A stretch of DNA of 64,000 nt from Anaerolineae bacterium (GTDB lineage: Bacteria > Chloroflexota > Anaerolineae > B4-G1): NCBI GenBank assembly GCA_035531135.1, contig DATKTN010000322.1, positions 458-64,457 of the forward strand, written 5' to 3'. This document shows positions 18,986 through 28,477 of the stretch, in pieces. How positions within the stretch are numbered: the stretch's first letter is position 1; each line of letters opens with the position of its first letter. The notes beneath the pieces are model-generated. The model was not told where the DNA came from, did not search any database, and was given only the letters and a program-made list of their open reading frames with translations. Position numbers and translations under genes: made by a program.

Positions 18986-19100
18986 CTTTCAGGCTTCAAT
19001 TGGCATCTTGGGCCTTTTTGTGCCGTGCGACACTGAGATACCGGACCCGATCAGGCGTTACATCCCCTACCTCTCAGTATACCCTCTCCCGCGCCATCCG

Positions 19101-22100
19101 TCAACTGACGGTGCGTGCAATCTGCTCCAACACGGCCACCAACTCCTCCCGCCAGCCGCGCTCCAGCGGCAGCCGGATCTCACGGCGCCCGACGGCCGCG
19201 CGCCCGCCCAGCGCGCGCTGCAGCCTTTCGCGCCCGGCATAGTTCTCACCACCCGACCGCAACACCAGGCTGCCGTTTTCGACGCCGATGCTCCCCACCC
19301 CGGCGTCCCGCGCCAGCGCCTTCAAACGCAACTGGTACATCAGATTTCGCGCCGGTTCGGGCAGCGGCCCAAAGCGGTCGGTCAATTCCTGCTCCGTCTC
19401 GCCAATCTGCGCCATAGAGTCCAACTCCGCCAGCCGACGGTACAGTTGCAGGCGCAATCGGCCATCCGGGACGTAATCCTCGGACAACCGCACCGGAATG
19501 GGCAGGTCGATCCGGATGCTCCCCAGCGGCTCAGGTGGCAAAGGCTGGCCCTCACGCTGGGCTCGCAACTCCTGCACCGCCCGCGCCAGCAGCCGGGTGT
19601 ACAGGTCGAAGCCAACGGCAGCGATCTGGCCCGATTGGCGGGTGCCCAGGATGTCGCCAGCGCCTCGGATCTCCAGGTCCCGCATGGCAATCGTGTACCC
19701 GGCACCCAGTTCGGCCGCCTCGCGGATCGTCTCCAGGCGCTGGCGCGCCTCAGGCGTCAGGCGGGTCAACCGGGAGTGGAAAAAGTAGGCGTAGGCCCGT
19801 TGTACGCCCCGGCCGACACGTCCCCGCAGTTGATAAAGCTGGGCCAATCCAAATCGATCGGCCCGCTCGACGATGAGTGTGTTGGCGTTGGGGATATCGA
19901 GGCCACTCTCGATGATGCTGGTGCATACCAGCACGTCAATCTCCCCGTCGACGAAGCGCAACATCACCTTCTCCAGGTCAGCCTCCCGCATCTGGCCGTG
20001 GGCCGTAGCAAAGGTCGCCTCAGGCACTATGCCCTCCAACCGGCGGCGCACGGTCCCAATCGTCTGTACCCGGTTGTGGACGTAAAAGACCTGCCCACCT
20101 CGCTCCAGCTCCCGCAGGATCGCTCGCCGCGCCAGTTGGGCATCGTACTCGCCCACGTAGGTCGTGGCCGGCAGCCGCTCCTCGGGTGGGGTATCAATGA
20201 TACTGATGTCACGCACGCCGGTGAGCGACATGTAGAAGGTACGCGGGATGGGAGTGGCCGTCATCGTCAGCACGTCCACCTCGGTGCGCATCCGCTTGAG
20301 CCGCTCTTTGTGCGTGACACCAAAGCGCTGCTCCTCGTCGATGATCAGCAGGCCCAGATCGGCGAAGGCGACGTCCTTCTGCAACAACCGATGAGTGCCA
20401 ATGACGATGTCCACCTGACTGGTCAGCAACCTCTCCAGGATCTTTTTCTGCTCGGCCCGGGACCGGAACCGGGAGAGCATCTCCACCTCGACGGGGAACG
20501 GAGCCAACCGCTGGCGAAACGTGGCGTAATGCTGTTGGGCCAGTACCGTCGTCGGCACCAGAAGCGCTACCTGCTTGCCGCCCATCACGGCTTTGAAGGC
20601 CGCCCGCAGTGCCACCTCGGTCTTGCCGTAGCCCACGTCGCCGCAGATGAGCCGATCCATCGGCTTGGGCTTCTCCATGTCGGCCTTGACGTCAGCGATG
20701 GCGCGCAGTTGGTCTTCGGTCTCGTAGTAAGGAAACGCGGCTTCCAGTTCCGCTTGCCAGGGTGCGTCTGGATCAAACGGGTAACCGGCGGCCATCTCGC
20801 GGGCCGCGTAGAGCTCCAGGAGTTCGCGGGCGACTTCTTCGGCGGCCTGCTTGGCCCGCTCGCGTACGGCTTGCCAGTCTGCCGTGCCCAGCCGATTCAG
20901 ACGTGGCGGCCGATCGTCGGCCCCGATGTAACGGCTGAGCCGATCCGCCTGATGGATCGGGACGTAGAGGCGGTCAACGTCTCCGTACTCCACCAACAGG
21001 TACTCGCGCTCGACTCCCTCCATAGCCCGCGTGACCAGGCCACGGAAGATGCCAATGCCGTACTCAGCGTGGACGACGAAATCCCCCGGAGCGAGATCGG
21101 AGAGATAGGTCTCGGGGGCAACCTTGCGGCGATGGACAAGACGCCTGGGTTCGGGGCGACGCCAGCCAAAGATCTCGGAATCCGTCAGGAGATGAACGGA
21201 GGCGAAGGGCTGCCCAAGGTCAACGCCACGCAGAATCCAACCTTCAGCGAGCGCGCCCTGGACGAACGTGAGGGCGGCCTGTGGTTGCTGGCGCAGTTCC
21301 TCGACCGGCAATCCGCCGTGAATATCGTGCTCTGCGGCCCATAGCTCGGCCAGGCGTTGAGCCTGCCGGGAGACGACGATGATCTGCCCACCGCCGCTCT
21401 GGGTGGTCTGGATGTGCTGCAGCACAGGCTTGAGCTGGCCGCCAAGATGAGGACCAGGGATGAAACAATCGGCCAGCCGGGAGGCCGTGCCCTCCTTACC
21501 GTGCCCCAGCGCGAGAATCGGCCGGTCGGTCAACTGTTCTGACCATTCGTTCCAGGTGACGTAGGGAAGCGGGTAGTCGGGAGGGAGCGTCCCGGCCTCC
21601 TCCGCGGCAGACCGCAGGTCCACAGATCCTTCCTCCAGGCTGGCCCAGGCACCCGCCAGCTCCTGCGGATCATCCACGACCAACAGCGTCCCAGGTGGAA
21701 GGTAGTCGAGCAGTGTGGCGGACTCTGTGTAAAAGCGCGGCAGGTAGAACTCGAGCCCGGCGAACGGCATGGCAGCCGCCAGACCCTGGTAGTGGGTCTC
21801 CAGTTCCGCGCGCACGTCGGCCGGCAAGTCGTGCATCGTCGCCGATGCCCCGGCCAACTGCGCGGCGACACTGCCGGCGATGCGCGGCCCATGGCGAGGG
21901 AGCGCTTCGCGGGCCGGCGTGATGATGACACGCTCCACCCGTTCCTGCGAGCGCTGGGTTGCCGGGTCAAAGCGGCGGAGCGACTCAACCTGGCTGCCGA
22001 ACAGCTCGATGCGCGCCGGCAGAGGATCGGCCGGTGGGAAAATGTCGAGTATGCCGCCCCGGCGGCTGAACTGGCCTGGAGCCTCGACGACACTGACCGG

Positions 22101-22613
22101 CTCATAGCCCAAACCCGCCCAGCGCCCCAAGGCCCGCTCCAGGTCGAGCGTCTGGCCCATGCGGAACTCGTGGATGGAGACGCGGAACTGGCGTAGTGGC
22201 AGCGTGCGCTGCATCAACGCGCGAGCCGAGGCCACGACGACCCACCCCCGGCCAGGAACAGGCGCTTGGCGTGCATAAAGCGCCGTAAGCACACGCAGGC
22301 GGCCGGCGATCACCTCGGCAGTCCAGGGCACGCGCTCGTAGAAAAGCGCCAGCGGTTCAGGAAAATGCCAGATGCACTCCGGGGCAGGGGCCCAATCGCG
22401 CAAGGAGGAGGCGAGCACTTTGGCGCGCTCCACCGAGCCGACGATGACCAGCATCGGACGCTTCAGGTCACGGGCAAGCGCAGCCAGGAGGGCGGGACGG
22501 GCAGCACGCAGCAAGCCCAATGGAGAGGGAGTCTCACCCCCCTCCAGGTCCGCACGCAGCGCCCGGTAGGACTCGAGCGCATTGAACCAGGCCAACAATC
22601 CAGATACGTTCAT
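19101..22613 (-). CDS. mfd: Transcription-repair coupling factor Mfd
   Basis: 1170 aa, with an UvrB-homology N-terminal region, an RNAP-interacting domain and a DEAD/DEAH-type helicase core ([24 protein letters not shown]-terminal TRG/D7). Confidence 0.9.
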   Translation of the reverse strand: MNVSGLLAWFNALESYRALRADLEGGETPSPLGLLRAARPALLAALARDLKRPMLVIVGSVERAKVLASSLRDWAPAPECIWHFPEPLALFYERVPWTAEVIAGRLRVLTALYARQAPVPGRGWVVVASARALMQRTLPLRQFRVSIHEFRMGQTLDLERALGRWAGLGYEPVSVVEAPGQFSRRGGILDIFPPADPLPARIELFGSQVESLRRFDPATQRSQERVERVIITPAREALPRHGPRIAGSVAAQLAGASATMHDLPADVRAELETHYQGLAAAMPFAGLEFYLPRFYTESATLLDYLPPGTLLVVDDPQELAGAWASLEEGSVDLRSAAEEAGTLPPDYPLPYVTWNEWSEQLTDRPILALGHGKEGTASRLADCFIPGPHLGGQLKPVLQHIQTTQSGGGQIIVVSRQAQRLAELWAAEHDIHGGLPVEELRQQPQAALTFVQGALAEGWILRGVDLGQPFASVHLLTDSEIFGWRRPEPRRLVHRRKVAPETYLSDLAPGDFVVHAEYGIGIFRGLVTRAMEGVEREYLLVEYGDVDRLYVPIHQADRLSRYIGADDRPPRLNRLGTADWQAVRERAKQAAEEVARELLELYAAREMAAGYPFDPDAPWQAELEAAFPYYETEDQLRAIADVKADMEKPKPMDRLICGDVGYGKTEVALRAAFKAVMGGKQVALLVPTTVLAQQHYATFRQRLAPFPVEVEMLSRFRSRAEQKKILERLLTSQVDIVIGTHRLLQKDVAFADLGLLIIDEEQRFGVTHKERLKRMRTEVDVLTMTATPIPRTFYMSLTGVRDISIIDTPPEERLPATTYVGEYDAQLARRAILRELERGGQVFYVHNRVQTIGTVRRRLEGIVPEATFATAHGQMREADLEKVMLRFVDGEIDVLVCTSIIESGLDIPNANTLIVERADRFGLAQLYQLRGRVGRGVQRAYAYFFHSRLTRLTPEARQRLETIREAAELGAGYTIAMRDLEIRGAGDILGTRQSGQIAAVGFDLYTRLLARAVQELRAQREGQPLPPEPLGSIRIDLPIPVRLSEDYVPDGRLRLQLYRRLAELDSMAQIGETEQELTDRFGPLPEPARNLMYQLRLKALARDAGVGSIGVENGSLVLRSGGENYAGRERLQRALGGRAAVGRREIRLPLERGWREELVAVLEQIARTVS

Positions 22614-22659
22614 ATCTACCCCAAGCGCCGGCCATACCCTGCGGTCATGAATCGAAGCA

Positions 22660-23244
22660 TCAATCTCCAGAGCGGCGATTGTACCGATCCATCGCCATCT
22701 CGACCCCCTGGCGCAGCCAGGTCTCGATAGCGGCTACAGCCCGCTCCAGCGTCTCCTCCAACAGCGACTCCTCGTCCGCTGAGAAATCCTGCAACACATA
22801 GGCGGCCGGGTCCATCCGCCCCGGTGGGCGGCCGATGCCGATGCGCAGACGTGGGAAATCCCGGATCCCCAGGTGCTCGATGATGGAACGCATCCCCTTG
22901 TGCCCGCCACTGCCCCCCTCCGGCCGCAGGCGCACCGTGCCCAGAGGCAGATCCAGGTCATCGTAGACGACCAGCAGGCACTCGAGCTGCACTTTGTAGA
23001 AGCGAGTCAATGGCACGATCGCCCGGCCGCTCTCGTTCATAAACGTCTGCGGCTTGGCCAGAACAACCCGCCGCCCATCAAAGTCGCCCAGCGCAACGCG
23101 GGCATGCTTCTGATCTTTATCAAAGGTCAGGCCGAGGGCAATGCCCAGCCGCTCGACGCAGCGAAACCCAACGTTGTGCCGGTTCGCAGCATATTTTGGG
23201 CCTGGGTTGCCCAGGCCCGCGATGAGGGTGAATTCCACGGTCAT
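22660..23244 (-). CDS. pth: Peptidyl-tRNA hydrolase
   Basis: The start MTVEFTLIAGLGNPGPKYAANRHNVGF (ATG at 23244) is the canonical Pth N-terminus, with the catalytic His in NRHNVGF. Confidence 0.9.
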   Translation of the reverse strand: MTVEFTLIAGLGNPGPKYAANRHNVGFRCVERLGIALGLTFDKDQKHARVALGDFDGRRVVLAKPQTFMNESGRAIVPLTRFYKVQLECLLVVYDDLDLPLGTVRLRPEGGSGGHKGMRSIIEHLGIRDFPRLRIGIGRPPGRMDPAAYVLQDFSADEESLLEETLERAVAAIETWLRQGVEMAMDRYNRRSGD

Positions 23245-23315
23245 GTCCTGTGCCCTGCTCTCCCGCAACGCGCAGGATGAGTCGCGTGTCGCGCGTGCAC
23301 CGGTCCGGCGGCGAC

Positions 23316-24065
23316 TCAACTGCCGGGCCGATTCGTGCGCTGCTGGCGCAAGAACCAGCGCACGCCAGCCTTCGCCACCAGATAAACGCCCCACAGCAGC
23401 AGCAGTAGCACAGTGATCAACCCGCCGGTACAAAAGGCAGTGCGCAGCTCTGTGGCGTCAAGCGGCACGCTGAACCCCTCATCTTCCCCTGTCGAGGGCG
23501 TCGGGGTTCCGTCGGCAACCTCGCTCCGGGGCATGGGAGAGGGACGAGGCGTCGGAGTCGCAGGCTGTTCGATAGCGACCGGCGTGGGCGTCGGGCCGAC
23601 CACCGCGGTGGGCATCGGCTCCGGTGTGGATTCCTCGGACGTCGGCGTCGGGACGGGCTGGGCGTTGTTCACGGTCAGGTGATTGACGAAGAACACGTAT
23701 GGCCCGGAAGGATCGTTCACGCCCCAGACTGCAAGCGCCAACGTGTACTGGCCATCGGGTATGACGGTGGTATCCCACGCTCCCAAGACGCCGTCCTCGA
23801 CCTGTGTCCCGTCGACGATGGCAAAATCCACCCATTGCGAACCACCGGTCGGCTCCGGCCCAGCGGCGTAACGCATTTGGTAGAAATCCATGTTGGGATG
23901 GGTCGCAATACCCGTGACCTCCACCACCCCGCTTATGGTCATGCCGTCAGTCGGGTAAGTGACGACCGACCGGGCCTGAAGGTGCGGCGCCGCCCAGCCC
24001 GGCGAACTTACAGTGAGCAAGATCATCACCAGTGCCGTTCCCACGGCCAGTATACGCTTGTGCAT
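23316..24065 (-). CDS. Hypothetical secreted or anchored protein (signal peptide, Pro/Thr-rich linker, C-terminal TM)
   Basis: The start MHKRILAVGTALVMILLTVSSPGWA is a signal peptide; a PTPTP-rich linker and a C-terminal hydrophobic helix (GGLITVLLLLLWGVYLVA) follow. Confidence 0.5.
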   Translation of the reverse strand: MHKRILAVGTALVMILLTVSSPGWAAPHLQARSVVTYPTDGMTISGVVEVTGIATHPNMDFYQMRYAAGPEPTGGSQWVDFAIVDGTQVEDGVLGAWDTTVIPDGQYTLALAVWGVNDPSGPYVFFVNHLTVNNAQPVPTPTSEESTPEPMPTAVVGPTPTPVAIEQPATPTPRPSPMPRSEVADGTPTPSTGEDEGFSVPLDATELRTAFCTGGLITVLLLLLWGVYLVAKAGVRWFLRQQRTNRPGS

Positions 24066-24184
24066 ATGCCTCCCTCGCGATGGGTTTATACCAGGCATGC
24101 GTGCATGTGGTATAGGGTAGAAGAAAAGTGTAGCATGAAAGGGCCAGAATGACAAGGAGTGCAAGGGGCTTGCGCGAAACCAGT

Positions 24185-24213
24185 TTGACCAGTGGCCACT
24201 ACTCTGCTATACT
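24185..24213 (+). promoter_or_regulatory. Putative sigma70-like promoter of the ECF sigma operon
   Basis: TTGACC (24185-24190), a 17-nt spacer, TATACT (24208-24213), then the RBS gagagggggg and the ATG at 24317. Confidence 0.4.
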
Positions 24214-24316
24214 GAACATTGTCACCAAAGAGTGGCGCAACTGGGAGCGGGCGGCGGTGTTCTCATGTATGAACGAGGTGCCGTCGCTCTCCTCTGACAG
24301 GTGAGAGGGGGGCAGT

Positions 24317-24901
24317 ATGCAAGAAGAGAGCGATTCGGGGCTCATCGCCCGTGCGAAGAAGAATCCAGAGACATTTGGACTCTTGTACGAGCGATACGTT
24401 GGCCGTATCTACAACTATATCTATTACCGCACAGGCAATCACCAGGATGCAGAAGACCTGACGGCGCGCACATTCTACCGGGCACTGAAGCATATGTCGG
24501 GCTACGTGGATCGGGGAGCGCCTTTCTCAGCATACCTGTATCGCATTGCACACAACGTGGTGGCAAACTGGCATCGAGACACCAGCCGGCGCCAGATCAT
24601 CTCACTGGACGAACTGGTGATGGGAACGCTGAAGCGAGACGGGCCCGCGTCGCTTGCGGAGGAGCGCGAGGAACAGGATCTGCTGCTCCAGGTGGTGCAC
24701 GGGTTGCCGCCGGAGCGCCAGAAACTGCTCATCCTCAAGTTTGTTGAGCAGATGAGAAACGTCGAGATCGCAGAGGTGATGGGACGGACGGAGGGAGCAA
24801 TCAAGTCACTATACCATCGGACGTTGGTGGCATTGCGCGAGGAATTGACGCAGGTACAGAACGGGCGGGAGGAATTGACGGGGAGGACAGGCCATGGATG
24901 A
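24317..24901 (+). CDS. RNA polymerase ECF-type sigma-70 factor
   Basis: 194 aa with a sigma-70 region 2 (FGLLYERYVGRIYNYIYYRTGNHQDAEDLTARTFYRA) and a region 4 HTH (LPPERQKLLILKFVEQMRNVEIAEVMGRTEGAIKSLYHR). Confidence 0.85.
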   Translation: MQEESDSGLIARAKKNPETFGLLYERYVGRIYNYIYYRTGNHQDAEDLTARTFYRALKHMSGYVDRGAPFSAYLYRIAHNVVANWHRDTSRRQIISLDELVMGTLKRDGPASLAEEREEQDLLLQVVHGLPPERQKLLILKFVEQMRNVEIAEVMGRTEGAIKSLYHRTLVALREELTQVQNGREELTGRTGHG

Positions 24902-25277
24902 GAAACGCGTGGACGAGGTGTTGGCAGCCCACGCCGAGAAGTTGATCGACCAAACGGAGGCCATACCGCAGATCGACATCACCGACGAGGAGCGCGGTCG
25001 AGTGGCCCCGTTGTTCCAACTGGCCGAGCGGCTACAGCACAGCATGCAGCCAGTGCAGCCTTCGGCGGGCTTTGTACGCAGCCTGGGACAGGAACTGGTG
25101 GACCAGGCCAAACGCCAGATGACGGTGACGAAGCGTCTACGGCGGGCCGTGGTGATCGGCGCGGCAGCACTCGGGTCCCTTCTGTCCATCGCGTCGGTGG
25201 TCGGTGCCATCGTCTTCGTGGTGGTGCGGCTGCGCGCACGAGCGCAGGCCCGAGCCATCCGTGCACCGACGGGCTAG
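24894..25277 (+). CDS. Putative anti-sigma factor (single-pass membrane protein)
   Basis: It overlaps the sigma gene by 8 nt. It is 127 aa with a C-terminal TM helix (AVVIGAAALGSLLSIASVVGAIVFVVV). Confidence 0.55.
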   Translation: MDEKRVDEVLAAHAEKLIDQTEAIPQIDITDEERGRVAPLFQLAERLQHSMQPVQPSAGFVRSLGQELVDQAKRQMTVTKRLRRAVVIGAAALGSLLSIASVVGAIVFVVVRLRARAQARAIRAPTG

Positions 25278-25296
25278 GCAGAAAGCACACCGGCAC

Positions 25297-25322
25297 CACG
25301 TACAAAAGTGCCAACCGAGAGA
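25297..25322. terminator. Hairpin between convergent genes (possible bidirectional terminator)
   Basis: AGAGCCCCG-accaaggc-CGGGGCTCT is a 9-bp stem. On the minus strand it is followed by cacttttg, a short T-run. Confidence 0.45.
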
Positions 25323-25349
25323 GCCCCGACCAAGGCCGGGGCTCTTGTG

Positions 25350-25520
25350 CTACCTCAGGCGGCGCACGCGCTCCAGGTACTGCTCCAGGCGTTGCTCTAT
25401 GCGGCGGAGCCGCCCCTCGAGCTCTTGCAGTAGCAACAGAATCTGACCGACCGCCTGCTCGGTCGTCAATTGCTCCCGCTCCCAAGCCTCGATCACGCCC
25501 TCTAGACCGTATGTACCCAT
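25350..25520 (-). CDS. Hypothetical 56-aa coiled-coil protein
   Basis: MGTYGLEGVIEAWEREQLTTEQAVGQILLLLQELEGRLRRIEQRLEQYLERVRRLR. A strong RBS GGAGGGGGG precedes the ATG, and a consensus promoter sits upstream. Confidence 0.5.
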   Translation of the reverse strand: MGTYGLEGVIEAWEREQLTTEQAVGQILLLLQELEGRLRRIEQRLEQYLERVRRLR

Positions 25521-25600
25521 GCTTCCCCCCTCCTTCCACACGCTAACGTGTACCCCGATTCAAAATTTAGAGGAGCTAACGCTCCCTCAATGACGCCCTA

Positions 25601-25645
25601 ATTATACACACAAACGTGTGGTTTGTCAAGGGGAAAAAACGAATT
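25601..25645 (-). promoter_or_regulatory. Consensus sigma70 promoter TTGACA-17-TATAAT with an internal palindrome and an A/T-rich UP-like element
   Basis: The minus strand reads ccgaaccttaaaattcgttttttcccc TTGACA aaccacacgtttgtgtg TATAAT tagg, with the inverted repeat CACACgtttGTGTG in the spacer. On the plus strand the -35 is at 25624-25629 and the -10 at 25601-25606. Confidence 0.6.
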
Positions 25646-25993
25646 TTAAGGTTCGGGCTCCTGTTCCTCCTCTCCCAGTTCTTCTTCCTCTGCCCCTTCC
25701 TCAGACGATGACGCTTCCGCCAGGACCTGGTACTCGAAGCCCACCTGCTCGGCGACGAGCGTGAGCAGCCGGTTTATCCCACCACGGGGACGATACATCC
25801 CGGTCTCCCACTCGCTGATGGTCTGCTGGCGCGTGCCAAGTTCCTCGGACATCCGCTGCTGGGTCATCCCCATGTACTTGCGCAGCGCACGAATCGACTC
25901 GGAATCCCACTGATACTTTACCTTGCGCCTGCCCATGCACACCACCTCCAGCCTGATTTTACCCAGTTCCACCGCCCGCGTCAAGTCCCGCAT
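25646..25993 (-). CDS. XRE-family helix-turn-helix transcriptional regulator
   Basis: The HTH segment is SIRALRKYMGMTQQRMSEELGTRQQTISEWETG, followed by an acidic C-terminal tail. The candidate start ATG at 25993 overlaps the upstream stop (TGATG); an alternative start lies at 25936. Confidence 0.65.
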   Translation of the reverse strand: MRDLTRAVELGKIRLEVVCMGRRKVKYQWDSESIRALRKYMGMTQQRMSEELGTRQQTISEWETGMYRPRGGINRLLTLVAEQVGFEYQVLAEASSSEEGAEEEELGEEEQEPEP

Positions 25994-28170
25994 CACCTGC
26001 TGCGCGCGGTGAGCGGCAGGTACGTCCGCGTCACCGGCCTCAGGCCCAACGCCGGATATGTCTCTGTATGCACCTCCCCACATCCGGCCCAGGCAAACGA
26101 CAGAGCGCGCATATGGTCCGCACTGGTAGCCCACAGTTGGTAGGTCTGTCCGGCGTAGACGGTCGTCGTGAACGTCCACGCGCTGCCCACGGTGGGACTG
26201 ACCACGTCCTCTCCAGCCTCGTTCACAAAACGGAGTGTCACCGAGGTCAGCGTGATCTCGCCGGTCGCGGTGATGGGCCTGTCCCAGACGCCGTTGCGGT
26301 TCTCGTCAGCGAAGAAGCCCCCGACACTCAGCGTGAGCGTCCCCAAAAGATCCACCCTGGTATAGGCCTGGGGCTCTTTAGGCCATGCTTCCCGGTTGCC
26401 GACGCGGTCGGTGGCCCGCGAGCGAAAGTAGTAGGTGTGGCCATGTAGGCCGGTGAACTGAGCGGAGGTGGCAGTGACCGAGTCCTGCCACGTGACCCAC
26501 TCGCCGTCCACCCCATCCCTGAGCTGGACGTCGTAGCGCCAGACGCCCGCCTGATTGTCCTGTCCCTCCCAGGTGACGGTGAAGGTGGGAAGGCAGGTGA
26601 CCTCCGGCAGCGGGTGGACCGTGGAGGTAGGCGGCGCATTGGGCGTCTCGGTCTCGACGACGATGACCGGCTCGCCGCCGATGATGTAGTCGTGCTCGTG
26701 AGGGGCCGGCCGATTAGCGGTGGCCCCCGGCAGGGCGCAGGTATAGACATCGCCGATTGCCATCATGGTTCGCGTGATACCCCAACGGTCGACAAGCGTG
26801 GCACTGTCGAGCGTCGCTGGCAACGTGTAGACACTGGTGGCAGGGCTCCCGTTCCACAGCACGCTGACCTTACCGCGTGGCGTGCCCCAGAGCGTGACGC
26901 GCACGTCGGAGCCTGTGGGCGCACGGGTGACGAACGTAGGGGATACGAGATAGGTGGTAGCAACCTGGTAGGCGACGTAGGCAGGGCGAAGCGTGTAGTC
27001 GTTGCGGATCAGGCCAAAGTACTCGCTCATGTCGTGATCGTGGACGCGGAAGAAAAAGTACCGCCCGATGCCAACGGCCCAGGCGTTGGCGTAGGATTGG
27101 ATCACGTAGGCAGCGGCCTCTTTCCCCGTGGCGGCAAAGTCGTACTTGGTTGGGTCCGGGTCTACGCGGGCATCGTTCCACACCGGGACCCCGGTCTCGG
27201 TGAGCCAGATGGGATGGTCAGCCACGTGATAGGCACTCATCCCATTGCGGATGTTGATCACCTCGTCATAGATGCTGGAGGAACGGCTGTAGAGGTGGAC
27301 TGACATCGCGTCAAAGAAATAGTTGTTCTGCGGCGCATCTGGGTCTTGGGCCAGGGTACTCAGCACCCACCGGTAGTAACTGGTGTTCAGCCAGTAGTGC
27401 AGCCCACCGAAGAGGACAGTGCAGTCGGGGCACGCAGCCTTGGTCGCCTGGTAACCCACCTTGAGCAGTCGAGCGTAATCGGCAGACGTACCGGTCCAGA
27501 AATAGCTCCACTCCGGCTCGTTCCACATCTCCCAGTGCTTCACCCGGTCCCCGTAGCGGTGCACGGCATCGTAGACAAAGCGCCCCCAGTAGTTGATCGG
27601 ATCGCCATCGGTGGTGGTCCAGTCGTTCCATTCCTCATAAAGACCCCTAGGCGGGGAGGAAAACGCGCTGACAGCCTGAGGAGCCAGAAGGCTGTCCGCG
27701 TGAGGAACTGGCGCGTACCAACCGGGGGGCCGCTGGTCGAAGGGACGGGCCTCGAACGCCTGCACCCTGCCCGATGCAGCCCAGCCGGGCGTCCCCAACA
27801 GGATGCCGACCATGTCCATCCCGGCGTCGGAGAGGTCGTCTACCAGGTCGTCGTAATCGGCCTTGACGCTGGGGGCCCAATTCCCATCGGTGGGCTCGAT
27901 CCTCCACCAGTCGAAAGGGAAGCGATCCCAGCGAGAACCGGCATCGAGAGCCTTCTGGAGGAAGGGCCGCCCTGATCCGGCGTGAGGGTCATGGTAATAG
28001 GAAAAACAAGCCCCTGCGTGCCCATCCGTCTCCTCGACCGGTGGCAGCGGGGTGATACTGACCGGCTCGGCCACGGCCGACTGGGCCGAGGCCAGAAGCA
28101 ACGCCAGCCCCAGCGCGAAGGCCAGGATCAGCAGAGATATGACGGTATACCTGGGTATCAGTTTCATCAC
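25993..28170 (-). CDS. Secreted glycoside hydrolase (clan GH-A / GH5-like TIM barrel) with C-terminal fibronectin-III-like and beta-rich domains
   Basis: A signal peptide (MMKLIPRYTVISLLILAFALGLALLLASA), a WEMWNEPEW segment (the NEP acid/base motif) and WLTETG (the nucleophile motif) are present. The C-terminal region is rich in W/T/V/Y. Confidence 0.6.
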   Translation of the reverse strand: MMKLIPRYTVISLLILAFALGLALLLASAQSAVAEPVSITPLPPVEETDGHAGACFSYYHDPHAGSGRPFLQKALDAGSRWDRFPFDWWRIEPTDGNWAPSVKADYDDLVDDLSDAGMDMVGILLGTPGWAASGRVQAFEARPFDQRPPGWYAPVPHADSLLAPQAVSAFSSPPRGLYEEWNDWTTTDGDPINYWGRFVYDAVHRYGDRVKHWEMWNEPEWSYFWTGTSADYARLLKVGYQATKAACPDCTVLFGGLHYWLNTSYYRWVLSTLAQDPDAPQNNYFFDAMSVHLYSRSSSIYDEVINIRNGMSAYHVADHPIWLTETGVPVWNDARVDPDPTKYDFAATGKEAAAYVIQSYANAWAVGIGRYFFFRVHDHDMSEYFGLIRNDYTLRPAYVAYQVATTYLVSPTFVTRAPTGSDVRVTLWGTPRGKVSVLWNGSPATSVYTLPATLDSATLVDRWGITRTMMAIGDVYTCALPGATANRPAPHEHDYIIGGEPVIVVETETPNAPPTSTVHPLPEVTCLPTFTVTWEGQDNQAGVWRYDVQLRDGVDGEWVTWQDSVTATSAQFTGLHGHTYYFRSRATDRVGNREAWPKEPQAYTRVDLLGTLTLSVGGFFADENRNGVWDRPITATGEITLTSVTLRFVNEAGEDVVSPTVGSAWTFTTTVYAGQTYQLWATSADHMRALSFAWAGCGEVHTETYPALGLRPVTRTYLPLTARSR

Positions 28171-28432
28171 CCCTCCTCGTGGACCCCAGTATAACCGGGG
28201 GGAGCGCAGGTGTCAATGGTACGTTGGACCATTGGTGGGCTGGTATATTGGTAGACCGGTGCACAGTTGGCCTATTGGCCAATGGTCCAGTTTCCCAACG
28301 TGCCAGGCACTTGACCTCTGCAAGCTATCCGCTACAATACCACGTGTTTCCCTTGGCTGTGTCTGAAGAGCGGCTGGGCCACGGCCGTGGCATCCACAGG
28401 GTCCCCTGGCCCAACGCCGGCACCAGCTCGAG

Positions 28433-28461
28433 CCTGAAACCTGAAACCCCAAACCTGAAAC
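28433..28461. repeat. Tandem heptamer repeat CCTGAAA (4 copies), intergenic
   Basis: The run cctgaaa cctgaaa ccccaaa cctgaaa lies immediately upstream of the MFS RBS, in the divergent GH/MFS intergenic region. Confidence 0.85.
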
Positions 28462-28477
28462 GAGGTAACAAGGTCCA

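Noticed and set aside
18945-21344. 799-aa plus-strand ORF antisense to mfd
   Set aside because: It is fully embedded antisense in a gene with unambiguous Mfd motifs. Its composition is biased (Pro/Arg/Gln-rich), as expected for antisense frames of high-GC coding DNA, and I recognise no domain.
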